Below, piece after piece: positions 37,288-50,202 of a DNA stretch of 64,000 nucleotides; position 1 is the stretch's first letter; each line of letters begins with the position of its first letter. Origin of the DNA: Lama guanicoe (Eukaryota); the NCBI GenBank assembly GCA_013239625.1, contig MU054323.1:15442029-15506028 (forward strand), given 5' to 3'. The position numbers and the translations under genes were made by a program. The notes beneath the pieces are model-generated. The model was not told where the DNA came from, did no database searches, and saw only the letters and a list, made by a program, of their open reading frames with translations.

Positions 37288-40200
37288 CCGTCTGTATTCC
37301 TCCCTCTTTGCTAGCCCCAGTGTATGTGTTTAACTTCACAGAGTTTTCCCTTTGCCTCCATAATTTTTCACCAGGCTTTTCAGATACAGGTTTACAGGGG
37401 AGAAATTAACTGGTTAAAAAGTCTAAAAAGTAATACTTCTCTGCTGTATTCCCTTTCACTGTAAGTCAAATGAGTTTGCCAGTACCTTAATGCCTTTTGA
37501 TTTGTTATATAACTATTACATTTTTATTAAGAAGATGAATGAATGTAATACGTTATTGACAGTTACCCATTCTAAATTTATTTTAATGAGATTTGTCCCA
37601 AACTTTTTGTTCTGAAACATTCTGTTACCAACTTCTGTCTATAAATATACATTCCTTAATAGTTATTGAGAAAAATCCAATCCAGTTATTTTGAGGTAGA
37701 AATAAATTAAGTCATTGTTTATAATGTTCAAAAACTTAAAATAGGGTTTCTCTTGGGTTCTGTGCAGTGTATCTAGCCAGGTTCCCAAGCTCTCTCCTGG
37801 CTCCAGCCTCTCTCTGACTAAAGGGTCTGATTCTCTTCCAGAACCTATATCCGGTACATTTATATCTCTTACTTTCTGAGACTCTATCCTGAAAAATCCT
37901 CTTTCATTTTTAAATCAAGATTTGGAATTATTTTCAACTTTTTTTTCTTTGTCCAAAGTAATTAAAAATTTTAGATTATCTGTTGGCTGAAATGTTGACT
38001 AATATGTGACGTTGGTTTTCACTAAAAAATTTAGTAGATTATCTTGAGCACATTAGAGTCCAAGTTCAGTTCCACTGAAAATGCATCTGAGCCTGAGTCC
38101 CAGCACTCCCCCCACAGGAGGCAGGTTGCATGATTCTCCCATTTCAGGAAGGGTCCTGCCTACTGAGTGGCAGATCCAGGCTTTGTGAGCACAAATCACT
38201 GGGTAGCACCATCTGCCTGTGGCCCTGAGCTCACTCCCCACTAGCCCTGTCCCCGCCTCACCACTCAGGAGACCTGACGTTCCATGTCCTACACTTCCCT
38301 TTGTATTGTAGCCTGTGAGCAAACATGTACATGTGAGTAAACTGTTCAGTGGCTAAAGAATACTCCTCCACACGTCACCTGGTGCTGTGCAGAAAGAGCC
38401 AGGGCTTGGATGCTGAGTGCTAGAATCCAGACTCACTTCCGTGAGATTCTGGACAAGCCTCTCACATCATTAGGGTCTGTTTTCTTACCTAAGAGAGAAG
38501 GAGGGGAGGAGGGACTTGATGGTCTCAAAAGTAACTTCTATCTTTAAATTCTTTGACTTTTCCCAGTGCCTTTGTTGGTAGTGGTAGTTGAGGGGGACCC
38601 AATCTGCTGGCGATAGGAGACTCCTGGGAAAGAAGGGAGGAGGAAAATTTTAGAAAGTCCCAGGACTCAGAAGATAATGGGAGAGATATGTGGTTTGAAT
38701 CTGATAGGAAGTGGATAAAGTCCAAAAGAAGTAAGAAAAGAATTACGATTACTTTTTAAAAATCATTTTCTTTTTTAAAAAAAGCATAGGAAAGGCAAAA
38801 TGAAATAGACAAGTTACTAGTCTAAAGAAATTATTAGACTAATCATTTGGATAATCAGAACAGGTTAAATTGTGAAAGTTGAGTGGTAATCCAACAAAGT
38901 AGACTGCATGTTGGTTACTGGCTAGTTGAATATTGCTAGTTCCATTTCTTTTTTAACATCTATAAATAGATAGCCTCTTATATAGCCGGAGTGGAGACTG
39001 GCCAAAGGCTGAATCCATAAGATAAGGATTTGCTCTATTAAACTGCTTTCTAACAGAATGTGGATCTCTCTCCTGTCAGCCTGCCATGCTGGGTGTGCGG
39101 TGGGGGGTGTAGCATCCTCATACCCCTGCACACGCACCGGCACGAACGCCCATCAGCCTGTCCATGGCTGCTGGCTGGCTCCCAAGTTTGTACCTGTTTG
39201 TCCCCAGCCGTTGCTACCTCACTTTCCTTAAGGTAAAGTCTGTCTTTGTCTCTCTGCCCTGCCACTCCTCTTTATCCAGCTTCTCCATATTTTTATTGTC
39301 TTTTTCTTTATTTCACACTACATGTACACACATATATACAGAGCATTATATTTGTGGAAGAGTTTTAGATTCTCTGTTCCTGACTTTATGATTGGACCAT
39401 CTTTGCCATGTCTATTAAAATTAAGTCTGCTGAGTTAAGTTCCTTTTTCCTTGTTTGAGCCTCAGTTTTATTTCTGTCTCATAAGACATTAACCTTAGAA
39501 GACAGTTTCCCGCTCAAACCCTGTCATGTCATAACAACTGCAAACACTAACACCAGGAAGGGAAATAAGATAAAAGGAAGGATGCCCAGCCCCATCGTAT
39601 CAGAAAGATACATCAGATATACAGCCTACGACCAGAACAAAGATCATGAATTTTCTTTTCTTTCACTACAACATCTAGATGGTCATACTCCACTGTTTCC
39701 GGTTGCAGATTCTTGGATGCTTAGTTCGTATTCCTGCATTCTGATTTCTTTGTGCTCTCAAGAAAATTTGTCCTGTTGGTGCTATGTTGTATTATGATAA
39801 TAGAGTCTTAGCAGATGGTGGCACACTGTTTCTTTTGACTAGATGTAGATATTTAGAAAAGAAACTTCCTGGGGTTTCAGAATTTACAGCCTGAAATTGA
39901 CTCATCCCAGATGAAGCCAGCAGAATGGAATCTTTGGCAATTTGTCCCTTTCCATCAGAAGCACTTGAGTTAAATCAAAGTTAATCTAATCACAAAGCTA
40001 CAGTGAATGAAAACAAGGTGCAGATTTGAAAATGCTCAGTTAAATGCCCAAGACTCATTGAGAACCTCATGGAAGACAGAGAACACTGGGCTCGGTGATG
40101 CTTATAAGACAGGGCCCAGGCTTGAAGGAACCCAGCACCTTACATTTATCACCTCTGCTGGTCTCAGAAAAGTTTCAGACCTTTTAAAGGTAATATGAAG

Positions 40201-42589
40201 GGAAAATACACACACACATAGTAATCTGCCTTCCAGAAAGAATCAATCCATAGACTGACTTTCTACCAAATAATGAAAACTGTGTTTAAAAAAAAAAGCG
40301 ATATAGGTAATAGGCAGACTTTAAATCCAAACTAAGAGATCAGAGACCAAAACGCACATGCACACACAGAATCACCGATGATGGTTTTTTCATATCCCTC
40401 CATATTTGCCTGTAGTTCCAAAGCTTGGAATCTGCAGGTCCCATGTAAGATGTTACAGAGAAGTCCCACCTCACGCCTCTGCTCCATTAACGTCTGCCTC
40501 TTTTGAGTAGTAGTTTTGAAGTGACGGTGTCAAGAGTCCTTTAACTTCCTCTTTGCTGCTGTCCTTATGCTTCGGTGGTTCCACTTTCCAGAGCTCCCCA
40601 GTCAAGTCTTGTCTCCAGAGCATCAGCCCATCTTTCTGCTGGTTGACACCTTTAGGGGAGGGTGTTGGGGGGCCGGAGTGGTGGGTGGGTGGGTTACCCA
40701 AGGGTCAGGAATATAGAGGACAGGCAGGACTGTCATCACAGGGCACATCAGCCCAAGCAGACGTGTGTCAGAGGCAGACACTTCGAGGGGGTGGCTTGGA
40801 ATGGCAGGTTCTTCTTAAAGCTCAGGGAACCTCCCCCGTCCGTTCTTCTCTGAGACAGTATTAAGTTCTGTAGATCATCAGATAACATTTGTTGTAGACC
40901 CCTGTACTCTCAGCATTGTGCTTGGTGATTAAGTTGCTGTGTCATGCTTACTCCAGCTAACCAGTGGAAATTGTCCCTGAATATGCATTTTCAAAAGGAA
41001 TTTGTCAAATTAAGAGCCTTATAATTAATTATCACGTCCATCTGTTCCCAAGACATTCTCTTGAAGAAGATGACACTTAATAACAGTTTTGAGTTTTTTT
41101 TTTCTCTAAGATTAGTATATTAGTAGACAAATTTCTCTTGAATTCAGTTCACTTTTCAGTTGTTTCCCTTTAATTTGAATAATTTATCCAGATCCTTGTG
41201 GGGAATAAATAAAATTAAATTATACAATATGTAAAATATGCATTAGCCTAGCACACATTTAAAACATTCCTGACTCTTGATGTACTATCATGGTAGCATC
41301 TTCTGTTTTTTAAACACATGCAGAAGAAATTTGGAAACATATTTGAAGCCCTTCTTTCTCAACTAAGAAAAGAACATCTATTCTTTTGCCCTCTGTCACA
41401 GTAATTTTTGGCCCCAAAGAGCAAGTCAACTCATAACTAAAAAAGCCAGAGACTATATTAAACTCTGATGTTTTTAAAACAAAATAATTGTAGGAATTCC
41501 ATGTTATTATTGGACTTAACCCCAGAATGAAGAAAATATGCTTTCCTAGAAGTAAAGCCTTTGCCCATTGGAGATGAACTATCTCCCTAATAGTTTAATT
41601 TGTCAATAATTTGCTTCAGATGCGTAAGCCCTGCACTTCCTATACTAGTGCCTTAAGCCTTTTGTGTCTCACCATGCATTTGACCAGTGTCTCGTCTTAT
41701 TTTATACTTGTTTTAGTCCTGAAACAACTCAAGGGTCTCACTCAGGGGCTTTCAGTTTGATCTGAGTGAGTCTGACCGTCACCAGACAATTAAATACATG
41801 ACCCTCTGACTCTCCCTCAAGGAAGGTAACTTAGCCGAGTTCCACAAGACTTTCAGTAAAGTTGGAAAGCGGAATCCAAAGCATGGATAATATTGACCCT
41901 CAGGGCTTTCCCCACCCACCCTCGTTTGGTATCATCATCATCATGACCCAGCCAAACGGAAGAATAGCTCCAGTCAGTTCTGCAAAAATGTTTTGTAAAG
42001 TTATGTACGTAACTAATGAGAAAATCTAAAATGTTAAAACCGTACCTCTTCTGAAAATACTAAAAGCAACCCCAAATTTTGTGGGCTATATTTTACTCTT
42101 CCTTTGCACCCTTACGTTGGATGGAAGCGATACATCATTGTGTAGAGACAGTTTGCAGAGAGTTCAAGGTTATATTTGCCAAGTAGACATCTAACTGCTT
42201 GACTGCACCCCTGAAGGTGGATACAGCTGGTTTCTTTTGGACTTGATGCTCAGGTAGTCTGTTGTGAATGTATTACACAGACAAGTGCATTTTAAATGAT
42301 CCTTTCCTGATTTTGCCTTTGTCTGTATGTCTTGACTCTTGTGGTAAGATGAAGGAGTACTCTGATCTCCAGTCTACTGTAGCATAGATTCTTGGAGATG
42401 CTTATGGCACTTCTTGAGACATTAGAGTGTGTACCTTTTTGAGGACAGAGATGCACCTTATAGATCTCTCTCTTATCAGTGCCTAGCATACGTGAATACT
42501 CAGTACATGCTTTTAGTTAAATTTGTAGAAAGTTAATCTGTGGCAAGCCCTAGCATCAGAATCCCATAGTGGTTGTGGTCTGCTTAGAG

Positions 42590-42885
42590 AACAGATATTT
42601 GAGTATTTATCCCATGCAAGGCACTATGCTAACCTTGTAGGAATAAGACACAGACACCGACATCAAAGAGCTTAGAGTCTAAAGGGAAGACAGATATGTA
42701 GGAATCATTGCACTTTAAAGTGCCATGTGCTTTAGAAGTAGAAGTATACCAAAAACAGTAAGCTCACAGAGCAAAGAAATACTGTTTTGATTTGGAAAAC
42801 TGTTGGATTTGACTTTTGAACTGAGTCTTTAAGAATGAGTCAGAGTTCACCAGATGGAGAGAGGGGAAAGGGCATTCTAGGCTAT
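42590..42885 (-). mobile_element. LINE-2 fragment (3' end, antisense)
   Basis: ACAGATATTTGAGTATTTATCCCATGCAAGGCACTATGCTA...GAGCTTAGAGTCTAAAGGGAAGACAGA...TGAACTGAGTCTTTAAGAATGAGT. Confidence 0.7.
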
Positions 42886-43544
42886 TGTGGTCACTGATTT
42901 TTAAACTATTAACGTGTCTTGCAACTTAACATAGTAGCAGTAATCCCACCTATCTTTATGATTCAAGAAAAATGGAATTTATGACAGAGTTGGTTTTCTT
43001 CCTCAGATAACCACCCTTGTGCAAGACTACATCACTTGTTAAAGATATTCATTACTTTCCTATTGCTTTCAGTTAAAGATACTTCTTAGTATGGTACACG
43101 AGGACCGTTACTACCCAGCTCTGGACTACCTCACTCGCCATGTCTCTTGCAAGTCCCCTCACAATATCCCCCAGTCCCCATCCCAACACATAATATGCTC
43201 CTGGTGGCTGAACCATTGGCTCCAGCCGAAACACACATTATTCTGTGAATGTGAGTAGATGCTTCCCTCTTCCTGGAAGGTCTTTCCCTCCAGCCCCGCT
43301 TCCTCATGGTTGATGGACACATCATATCTGTGCCCACTCACAGCCCCCTGCTCACATGTATACACCCAGCGTCAGCTCTTCATCTTGTGTCTAGAGTCAG
43401 AGAAAGCATCATGGAAGAATGGCCCTTAGGGATGAGTGGAGGTCTGTTAGACACATGAGGGACTTCAGTGTTGAAGATGTAGAATAAATACTGCCAGGTA
43501 GGTGCTCTCCCCCACCCCCGCTAGCCATCATTGGTTTGAATCAC

Positions 43545-43770
43545 AGTTTGCAGTTGGCAGCCTCCTTGGGGCTGAATTTGACCCCAAGGCATGTTTTCTT
43601 TGATTTGCCTTTTTTTTTTTTTTGCATCTTTCAGTTAGTCATCAACATTTAAAAACAGATGCTTCACATAAAAACCTGGCTTCTCTTGAGCAATTGGAAG
43701 GTATACCAACGTTGACTGTGTGATTCTGCATGGAGTAATAGGGACGCCCCCTCAGAGGGCACAGACCCCC
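43545..43770. mobile_element. Ancient hAT-type DNA transposon remnant (family uncertain)
   Basis: CAACATTTAAAAA...TTCACATAAAAACCTGGCTTCTCTTGAGCAATTGGAAG resembles old Charlie-type MER consensus sequences (recall only). Confidence 0.45.
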
Positions 43771-44254
43771 TGGGGTTGTCTGTAGTATCCCACTATGCTT
43801 TGAATGAACAGTCTGGTTTGCTGTCTCTGGGTTTAACTAACTTGGTTTGGTGTCGAGGGACACAATATGGTGGGGAGGTTAAAGGCACAGGAAATGTGAA
43901 GGCCTCGTGGAGAGTCGTGGCTCAGGTAAAACGCTGTTGGTTTGAGGCTCTGTTATTAAGGATGTACAATCAGGATGAGGCCCAGGCTGAGAATGGGGAA
44001 AGGTTTGGGAGCAGATTTCTTAGGGATGAAGAGTCAGTGCGGTGGGAGCCTGAGCACAGGGAAACTGGAAGAAAAGATGAAACATTGTGCTCAGCCAGTA
44101 GGATCTTTGAGATTTGAAGGAACTATGGCTGTTGGAGTAAGTGACTGCAGTGGAGGGGGCAGCAAGGGTCACTGGTTCCAAAACATCAAGTGAGATCAGG
44201 ATGTTGAAAATGCTTCCTCCACGTAGACATGGATGCCTTCCAGATTATAATGAT

Positions 44255-44500
44255 ATAAAATAGCTAACAGGTGTTGAGTGCTTCTGTGCTCCAGGCACTA
44301 TCTTGGGGACTTTTCATGTATCAGTTTATTTAATCCACATAGCAGTCCCATGAGATATGGGCACCTTAATCATCCCCATCCTACATATGGTACAAGTGAA
44401 GCTCAGAGAGATGATGTAATGCCCAAGGTCACCAAGCCTCTAAGTGGCCAGCACTGAAACCCAAGACTGCCGGATGTCAGAGTGCTTTCTCTGAACCTCC
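44255..44500 (-). mobile_element. MIR SINE, near full length
   Basis: AATAGCTAACAGGTGTTGAGTGCTTCTGTGCTCCAGGCACT...TTTAATCCACATAGCAGTCCCATGAGAT...GAAGCTCAGAGAG...GCCCAAGGTCAC. Confidence 0.82.
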
Positions 44501-47500
44501 ACTCCCGTAGGAAATGGGCAGAAGACAGAGCCACAGAGAGGGAGGGCTGGCATGAGAGAGGAAAGCCATAGCCTGGGGCTAGCCTGTGGTCAACTTGGAG
44601 AACGCAGGCCTCCCTTCCAGCCCAGGTGAAGCGTTAGTGTGGGGAAGTTCACGGCCTCATTGTAGGGAAACAGCATTTTCAGGTGAGCTAGGTAAGGGTG
44701 AGAGCAGATATGAGTGGTGCACTTTGTGATGTGTTAAGATGCTGAGAGAGTAAGGGCGAGGGACGGCAGAGAGGTGGGCGTGGAAGGAGGAGCCCCTGGG
44801 AGGCAGAGCAGTTCTCTGTGGGGATGTGTGTGCCCTTGAGGACGGGAGACCGGAGGACCTTGTACTTTGCACTGATGACAAGGATGAGAGGTCTGGGAAT
44901 CGGCAGCCCACGGGGATCCAGTGGACACATGCTCAGAGCCAGCGGTTTCAGCGCCACAAGTGGCTCTGAGGACCTGAAGGAACGTTAGCAGCCCAGGCAG
45001 CGGAGATTTGTCCAGATTTTCAGATAGGAGGTTCAGTCCTGATGTCGCTGGCTGTTTGTTCCTCATGGGCTCCAGGGAGGAGACAGAATAGTCCACAACC
45101 CATTGTGTTCTTATTTGTGATTATATAGACCCAACACCTCCCTAAACCAGACTTCCTAAGTGGAGGGCCAGGACCCCGTGTGCCCCAGCCCCACCCAGCT
45201 GGGTGCCTGCTGCACGCACCCACTCGGCAGACGGTGACAGGATCATTGCGTGTCCACCAGCAAGCAGATCCACGTTCCAGAGCATGCATTCCTCATGAAG
45301 TCAGCGAGTCCAGCTCTGAAATGGGAACACCTGATGTTGCTCTCTTAACGCTTACTCTGCCCACCAGACCCCTTCCTCCTCCTTCCCAGAGGGCGGCGTG
45401 CTGTTCCCCCTCTTTCCCGCTTTTCCTTCTGGTTCTCCGTGCATCTCCCTCCTGCCCCGTCTCTGCAGCTGTCTTGCCCACCATGGAAGCACATGCCAGT
45501 GTCTCCTAGGCCTGGGCAGGTGAAGGCAGAGAGCCCTCATGTCCTGGGACGTGGTTGTTACCAGGTTGCTGGGCCGAACTGAGTTTGGTTCAGGATGCCT
45601 GCTGGGCCCTGCTCTCACATTCCCACAGGGGCACGGGCCCTGGGGATGCTTTCCAGCTGTGTGTCTGCGCCCCTGGCTCCCCTGCTGCAGGAGGGAGTCT
45701 CTGGGGAGCTTCCCCAGATTTTGTAGTTAGAGAAGAGCTCATTTTGGTCTAGCCACCTCATCATCCGTCTTCTTTAAGCAGCCCCGGGAGGTAACGTGTG
45801 TGAAGTGCCGTTGCCTTCCTCTCACTTCCTTACTGCGGGGCTTCATTCTGGGAGATACCGTGCAGATCTTCCAGGAGCCTTGTGGGCCCACAGCTTCTGT
45901 TGTCCTACAAGCTGTACCTCTTCCCTCTCCTTTGTACTCTGGGATAGGTTCCCTGAGCCACAGGCCAGCCTTGAGGAGTAAGCCTCTGCCATCTGCCCCT
46001 TGCGGGAGCTCTGATGACTGCTTCATTAAGGCCTCCAGTGGACTTGATGATTGTGACTAATACTGTGTACTAGGAGATGCAGGGGAATATTGCACTTGGG
46101 TGCCCTCAGTTTACACCGTTCCTGAACTGGAGCATGTCCGTCAGTTGCTCCCTGCAGGAAAAAGCAAAACAGAACAACAACAACCAGAAACACAGAATAA
46201 TTTCCTTGTTGTCTCTGAAGGGAAAGTGGCGAGGAGCCTGCCAGGTGTCTGGTTGTAAAGGTAGCAGCTCGCCATGAAAGAAGAGGGGGGAAGCTTCTGG
46301 AAGGAGGTATGTGACCCTCAGAGCTGGGCCATGCACGTGTCTAACCGCTGTCAGGGTGGTGGAAATGCAAGAGACAGATCTTGCATGATTAGCTTGAGAA
46401 AGGGAGAAGGAGGGCTTGTTACTTAGTGAGTAGTAAATCTTAGGGCGAGAAACATGATGATCCCAAGAGAGTTCTGTAGGGAGGAGTGCAATTTTCCATC
46501 AGGATAGTTGGACCTTCAAATGGGAAACTCATTTCTTTTTTGATATTTTATTTGCAGTCTTTTTTTTTTAACTTATACATTCCTGGAAAGAGGTAAGAAA
46601 TTTAATCAGTGGAAAGATACTACATCAAATTTAATTAAAGCTGAAAGTACTTTTTGTAGAATAGGAATATGTTTTATGTGTCATTATGACTTCCGTTCCT
46701 GGCAGTTATTTCATTATTACACCGTGTGTGGAATCCTAGTAGTACTCATGCTTTGCCCTTTTAATTCACCATTTATTCTTATTTCCTGTTTAAAGGGAGT
46801 AGTCTCTCCCACCTAAGCTGAGTAGTTTTTGATTTATAGACAGTGATTCTCCCCTTTTGAAGGACTCAACACTCAGTTCGGATGTGGAATAAGTTCCGGA
46901 TTGGGAGACGTGCTTGCAGGGGTTACTTTCCCTTGGGGACAGGGGCAGGGATAAGGATCTGCTTGGGGAAGGTGAGTCTGATCCTCTGCTGGTTTGCTGA
47001 GTGGTGGTGGGAGTGGCCAGGAGGACTCCTCTCCCCAGGGCAACTTCTAAGTCCCTGTGGTTTAGCAGCCATTACCAGTTCTTTAGCCATTCTGGTGAAA
47101 CAAACTCTTGAGTCTCCAGTTTAATTAGGAAGACATGCCTGGTGATAGGGAGACACCAGCCTCAGGCAATGTTGCCCTGCATTTCCCCTCCAAGAAAAAA
47201 AAGCATCAGAGACAAGACATCCTGGGCTGGGCCTGAGGGTTGAGGTGCGCGGTGAGGTGGAGGAGGCAGGAGGTGAGTGTGGGAGGGTGGATTGTGACGT
47301 GCTCCGAGGACAGGGTGCAGACAAGGAGGAGCCGGAGAAGGAGCTGAGATGGGATGAGACTCACAGAGATGGGAATGGAAATGGCAGTAATGGAGTCGTG
47401 GGATTTTATAGATGGAGAAAAGCTTATTTTGGTCTAACCATCTCATCTCTGTTTTATGGATGAGAACTGAGCATCCCAGAGCTAGTCATCCATTTTCTGA

Positions 47501-48819
47501 TGGATGATGGTGTTGGATCGTAAACAAAGTTATTATTTTCTTGACTCTACATGTCTCTCACTCATAGGCAGCTGTATTTAGGCAGGAAAGAGTCTTTGTA
47601 AATGATGGAAAGCAAGTGCTCCTGATCAAAATGTGCTGCTAATTAAAATGATAAAACTGCTTTTATGTGGCTTTTTCCAATGGGAAGTGCGAATTAAATT
47701 GCAGTGACTGAGGCACTGCACTGTAAGGAGCAAGTTGCTCAGAAGATGGGTCCCAGATCCCCTCCAGTGGAGTCTCCTGGAGAGCCCTGCCCCAAACTTG
47801 CAGGGTCCTTGAGGGTCCTTGCGGGTGGCACCCTGGAATCTGCATTCCAGACAAATTCCATAGTCTTTCCCTTCGTGCACCAATTTTGAAAAGGATTGCA
47901 CCTGTTAGCTCTAAGCCTAAAATTTATAAAAATAAAAACTAAAAACAATGCATGGTCTAATCTCTGACTTACTAGCCATGAAAAAAAAATGTTTATTCCA
48001 TATTATTGTTTGGATGCCTTTATATCGTCTTTTCATTTACCTGTGGACATACCCCCTGCACTAGGGGAGTTCACAGGAAAAAGAGTAGGATTTTGATTTC
48101 GTAGGACGAGCAGATACACTCCAGGGGTTTGGTATTCCTGTGTATGATTGGAGATCAGAAGAGACAGAATTAATCCTGATTGCTTTTTTGATCAGAAAAG
48201 GCCTTGTAGGGTGGGGAGCCTGAAGGCTGTGTGGTATTCACCAGGGGCAAAGGAGAGGCAGGGATTTGAGGCTGAGGGACCTGTGGCACCGGGTGGTAAG
48301 AGTGGGGGCTTCAGCCCTCATCACTCACGTGCTGAGCAAATGAGGCGCCAGTAGAATGTGGGAGCTGAACGATAAGCAGAGGCTAGACTTGGGGCACCTT
48401 GTCAGGTGTGCTGGGATTCTGGCCTCTGGCACTCCCGGGCCTGCCTGTGTAGACCAGGAAGCCAATGACAGGAAGGGAAAGCCCGAGTGTGCGCTGCCTC
48501 TCAGCCCGTGGAGCGAGCCGGCACGGGGCTCCCAAGGAGGGGAGTGCCCTCTAGGGGCTTAGATGATATCTGAGTGCTGTTCGTCATTGTACTCAGGCGC
48601 CTGCATGCCCACTGAGCTGAAGGCATTACCCACTGAAGAGAGGACGAGACAGCTTAACCGACCTAGCTGGCTGCAGCTGCGATTGCATTATGCACAGATT
48701 TATTAATGTGGTACCTTGATGGAGTGTTATCTTAATCGTCAGGATAACATGAGAGGCTTGATTTTTTTTTTCCCCTGGCGTATTGCAAACAGAAGTTACT
48801 GCTTGTTTGAAGTTAAAAG

Positions 48820-49080
48820 CCGTCAGCCCATGTATTGTATGATTTTGTTTATATGAACTGACCAAAATAGGTAGACCCATAGAGACAGGACATAAATTGT
48901 TCCCGGGGCTGGAGGAGGAGAAATGGGGAGTAAAGGCTTGCTTTTTGAGCTGATGAAAATGTTCTAAAATTTGGCAGTGGTGAGGGTGGCGCAACCCTGC
49001 AAGTGTAAAAACCAATGAACTGTATATGCTTTAAAAGGATGAGTTTTACAGTGTGTGAATTGTATCTCACTAAAGCTGCT
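48820..49080 (+). mobile_element. L1MB/L1MC-type 3' end
   Basis: TATTGTATGATTTTGTTTATATGAA...CATAGAGACAG...TGATGAAAATGTTCTAAAATT...GTGTGAATTGTATCTCACTAAAGCTG, the classic old L1 3' UTR terminus. Confidence 0.85.
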
Positions 49081-50117
49081 ACTTATTTTCTTTATAAGCG
49101 CCCCCAGCACTTCTGCTCCAGGTGTCCAAAGAGAAGTGTGGTATTCGGGGTGTCAGAGAGGAGCTGTTATTATTTCAGGTTGGTCTGGAAAGACAGATGG
49201 TATCTAGACAGACAGCTGGAGACGAGGGATGGATAAGGAACGTTCAGGACGGAGTAGGGTGAGCCGTGCAAAGACAGCAAGGGGAGGGCTCGTGAGGAGA
49301 ATAGAAGGCGACTGTGGCATACGGAGAATGAAGAGAAGTACTGCGAGATAGAGTCTGGGGAAAGATGTGTGGGCCTGAGAGTGTTGAATCTTTGACTGAG
49401 AAGTTGATCAGTTAAACGAAGAGTAATTGAAGCTTTACGGCTGCAGAAGCAGAGAGACTGAGCCATAGGACGGGTGTGGCAGGGATGGAGAGGGAGACGT
49501 AAGTGAGGGGAGACAAGGTAGGAACCTGAAAATTCGGGGGAGGGGGTCCTGGAACTGAAGGGTGAGTGTTGACGTCAGCTGAATAATCTCTTTCTCATAG
49601 ATTCGTCCTCTTTCCTCAGCCACTGACCCACGTGTTTCCCCGGTTCCCTCACTTGCTCTTTATCCAGGCCTAGGGGTGGAGGGTTAGAGGAAGACTGGGG
49701 GAAGGGGACAAAAAGAGTAAGAAGGAAGAGAAAAGGTGGTGAGGACAGGATTCAGTTTGCATGTTTCAGTGGCTCTGTAATTCAGTGTTTCCTCTCCATG
49801 ACTCAGTACGGGACCAGCCCCTTGTAGTGGAAAATACAAGACTGGAACCTTATTTGAGTTCAGGTCAGTTGATTAGGCTGCGGGCCTATTCCCATCTGTA
49901 AAAAGGAAGACTGCCTCTGGTGTCGGTAAACCAGAGCATCTAGACGAATCTTATTATAGCATTTTTTAAAGTTACCTTAGACTCAATGTAATTTGTAGGC
50001 ATAGTAAATTTCCTTGGCCAATAAGGAAATTTCCTTAGCAAATAAGAGTCCTGATGAGGCCCCCGTGTGTTAGAGGATGTGTGGACTAATCTGTCAAAAG
50101 ATAACTCACATGTTGAA

Positions 50118-50202
50118 TGTGTTGAACTCTATGAAATGGCTATCTGACTTTTTTGATCTAAAGTTTTAAAAAATGGTAGTTTCGTAAAGTTTCAACTTGA
50201 TA
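50118..50202. mobile_element. MADE2-like Mariner miniature element
   Basis: About 85 bp with degenerate inverted termini GTTGAACTCTATGAAATGGC...GGTAGTTTCGTAAAGTTTCAAC, similar to the recalled MADE2 consensus. Confidence 0.6.

Noticed and set aside
46073..47186. Imperfect 21-bp inverted repeat about 1.1 kb apart (both arms translate as MQGNIA), a possible transposon TIR pair
   Set aside because: Only 18/21 identity, no TSD and no transposon-like interior. A rough estimate puts such a match near chance for this window.
50051..50100. CTGATGAG, resembling a hammerhead ribozyme core
   Set aside because: No stem II closed by GAAA and no matching stems I or III follow.
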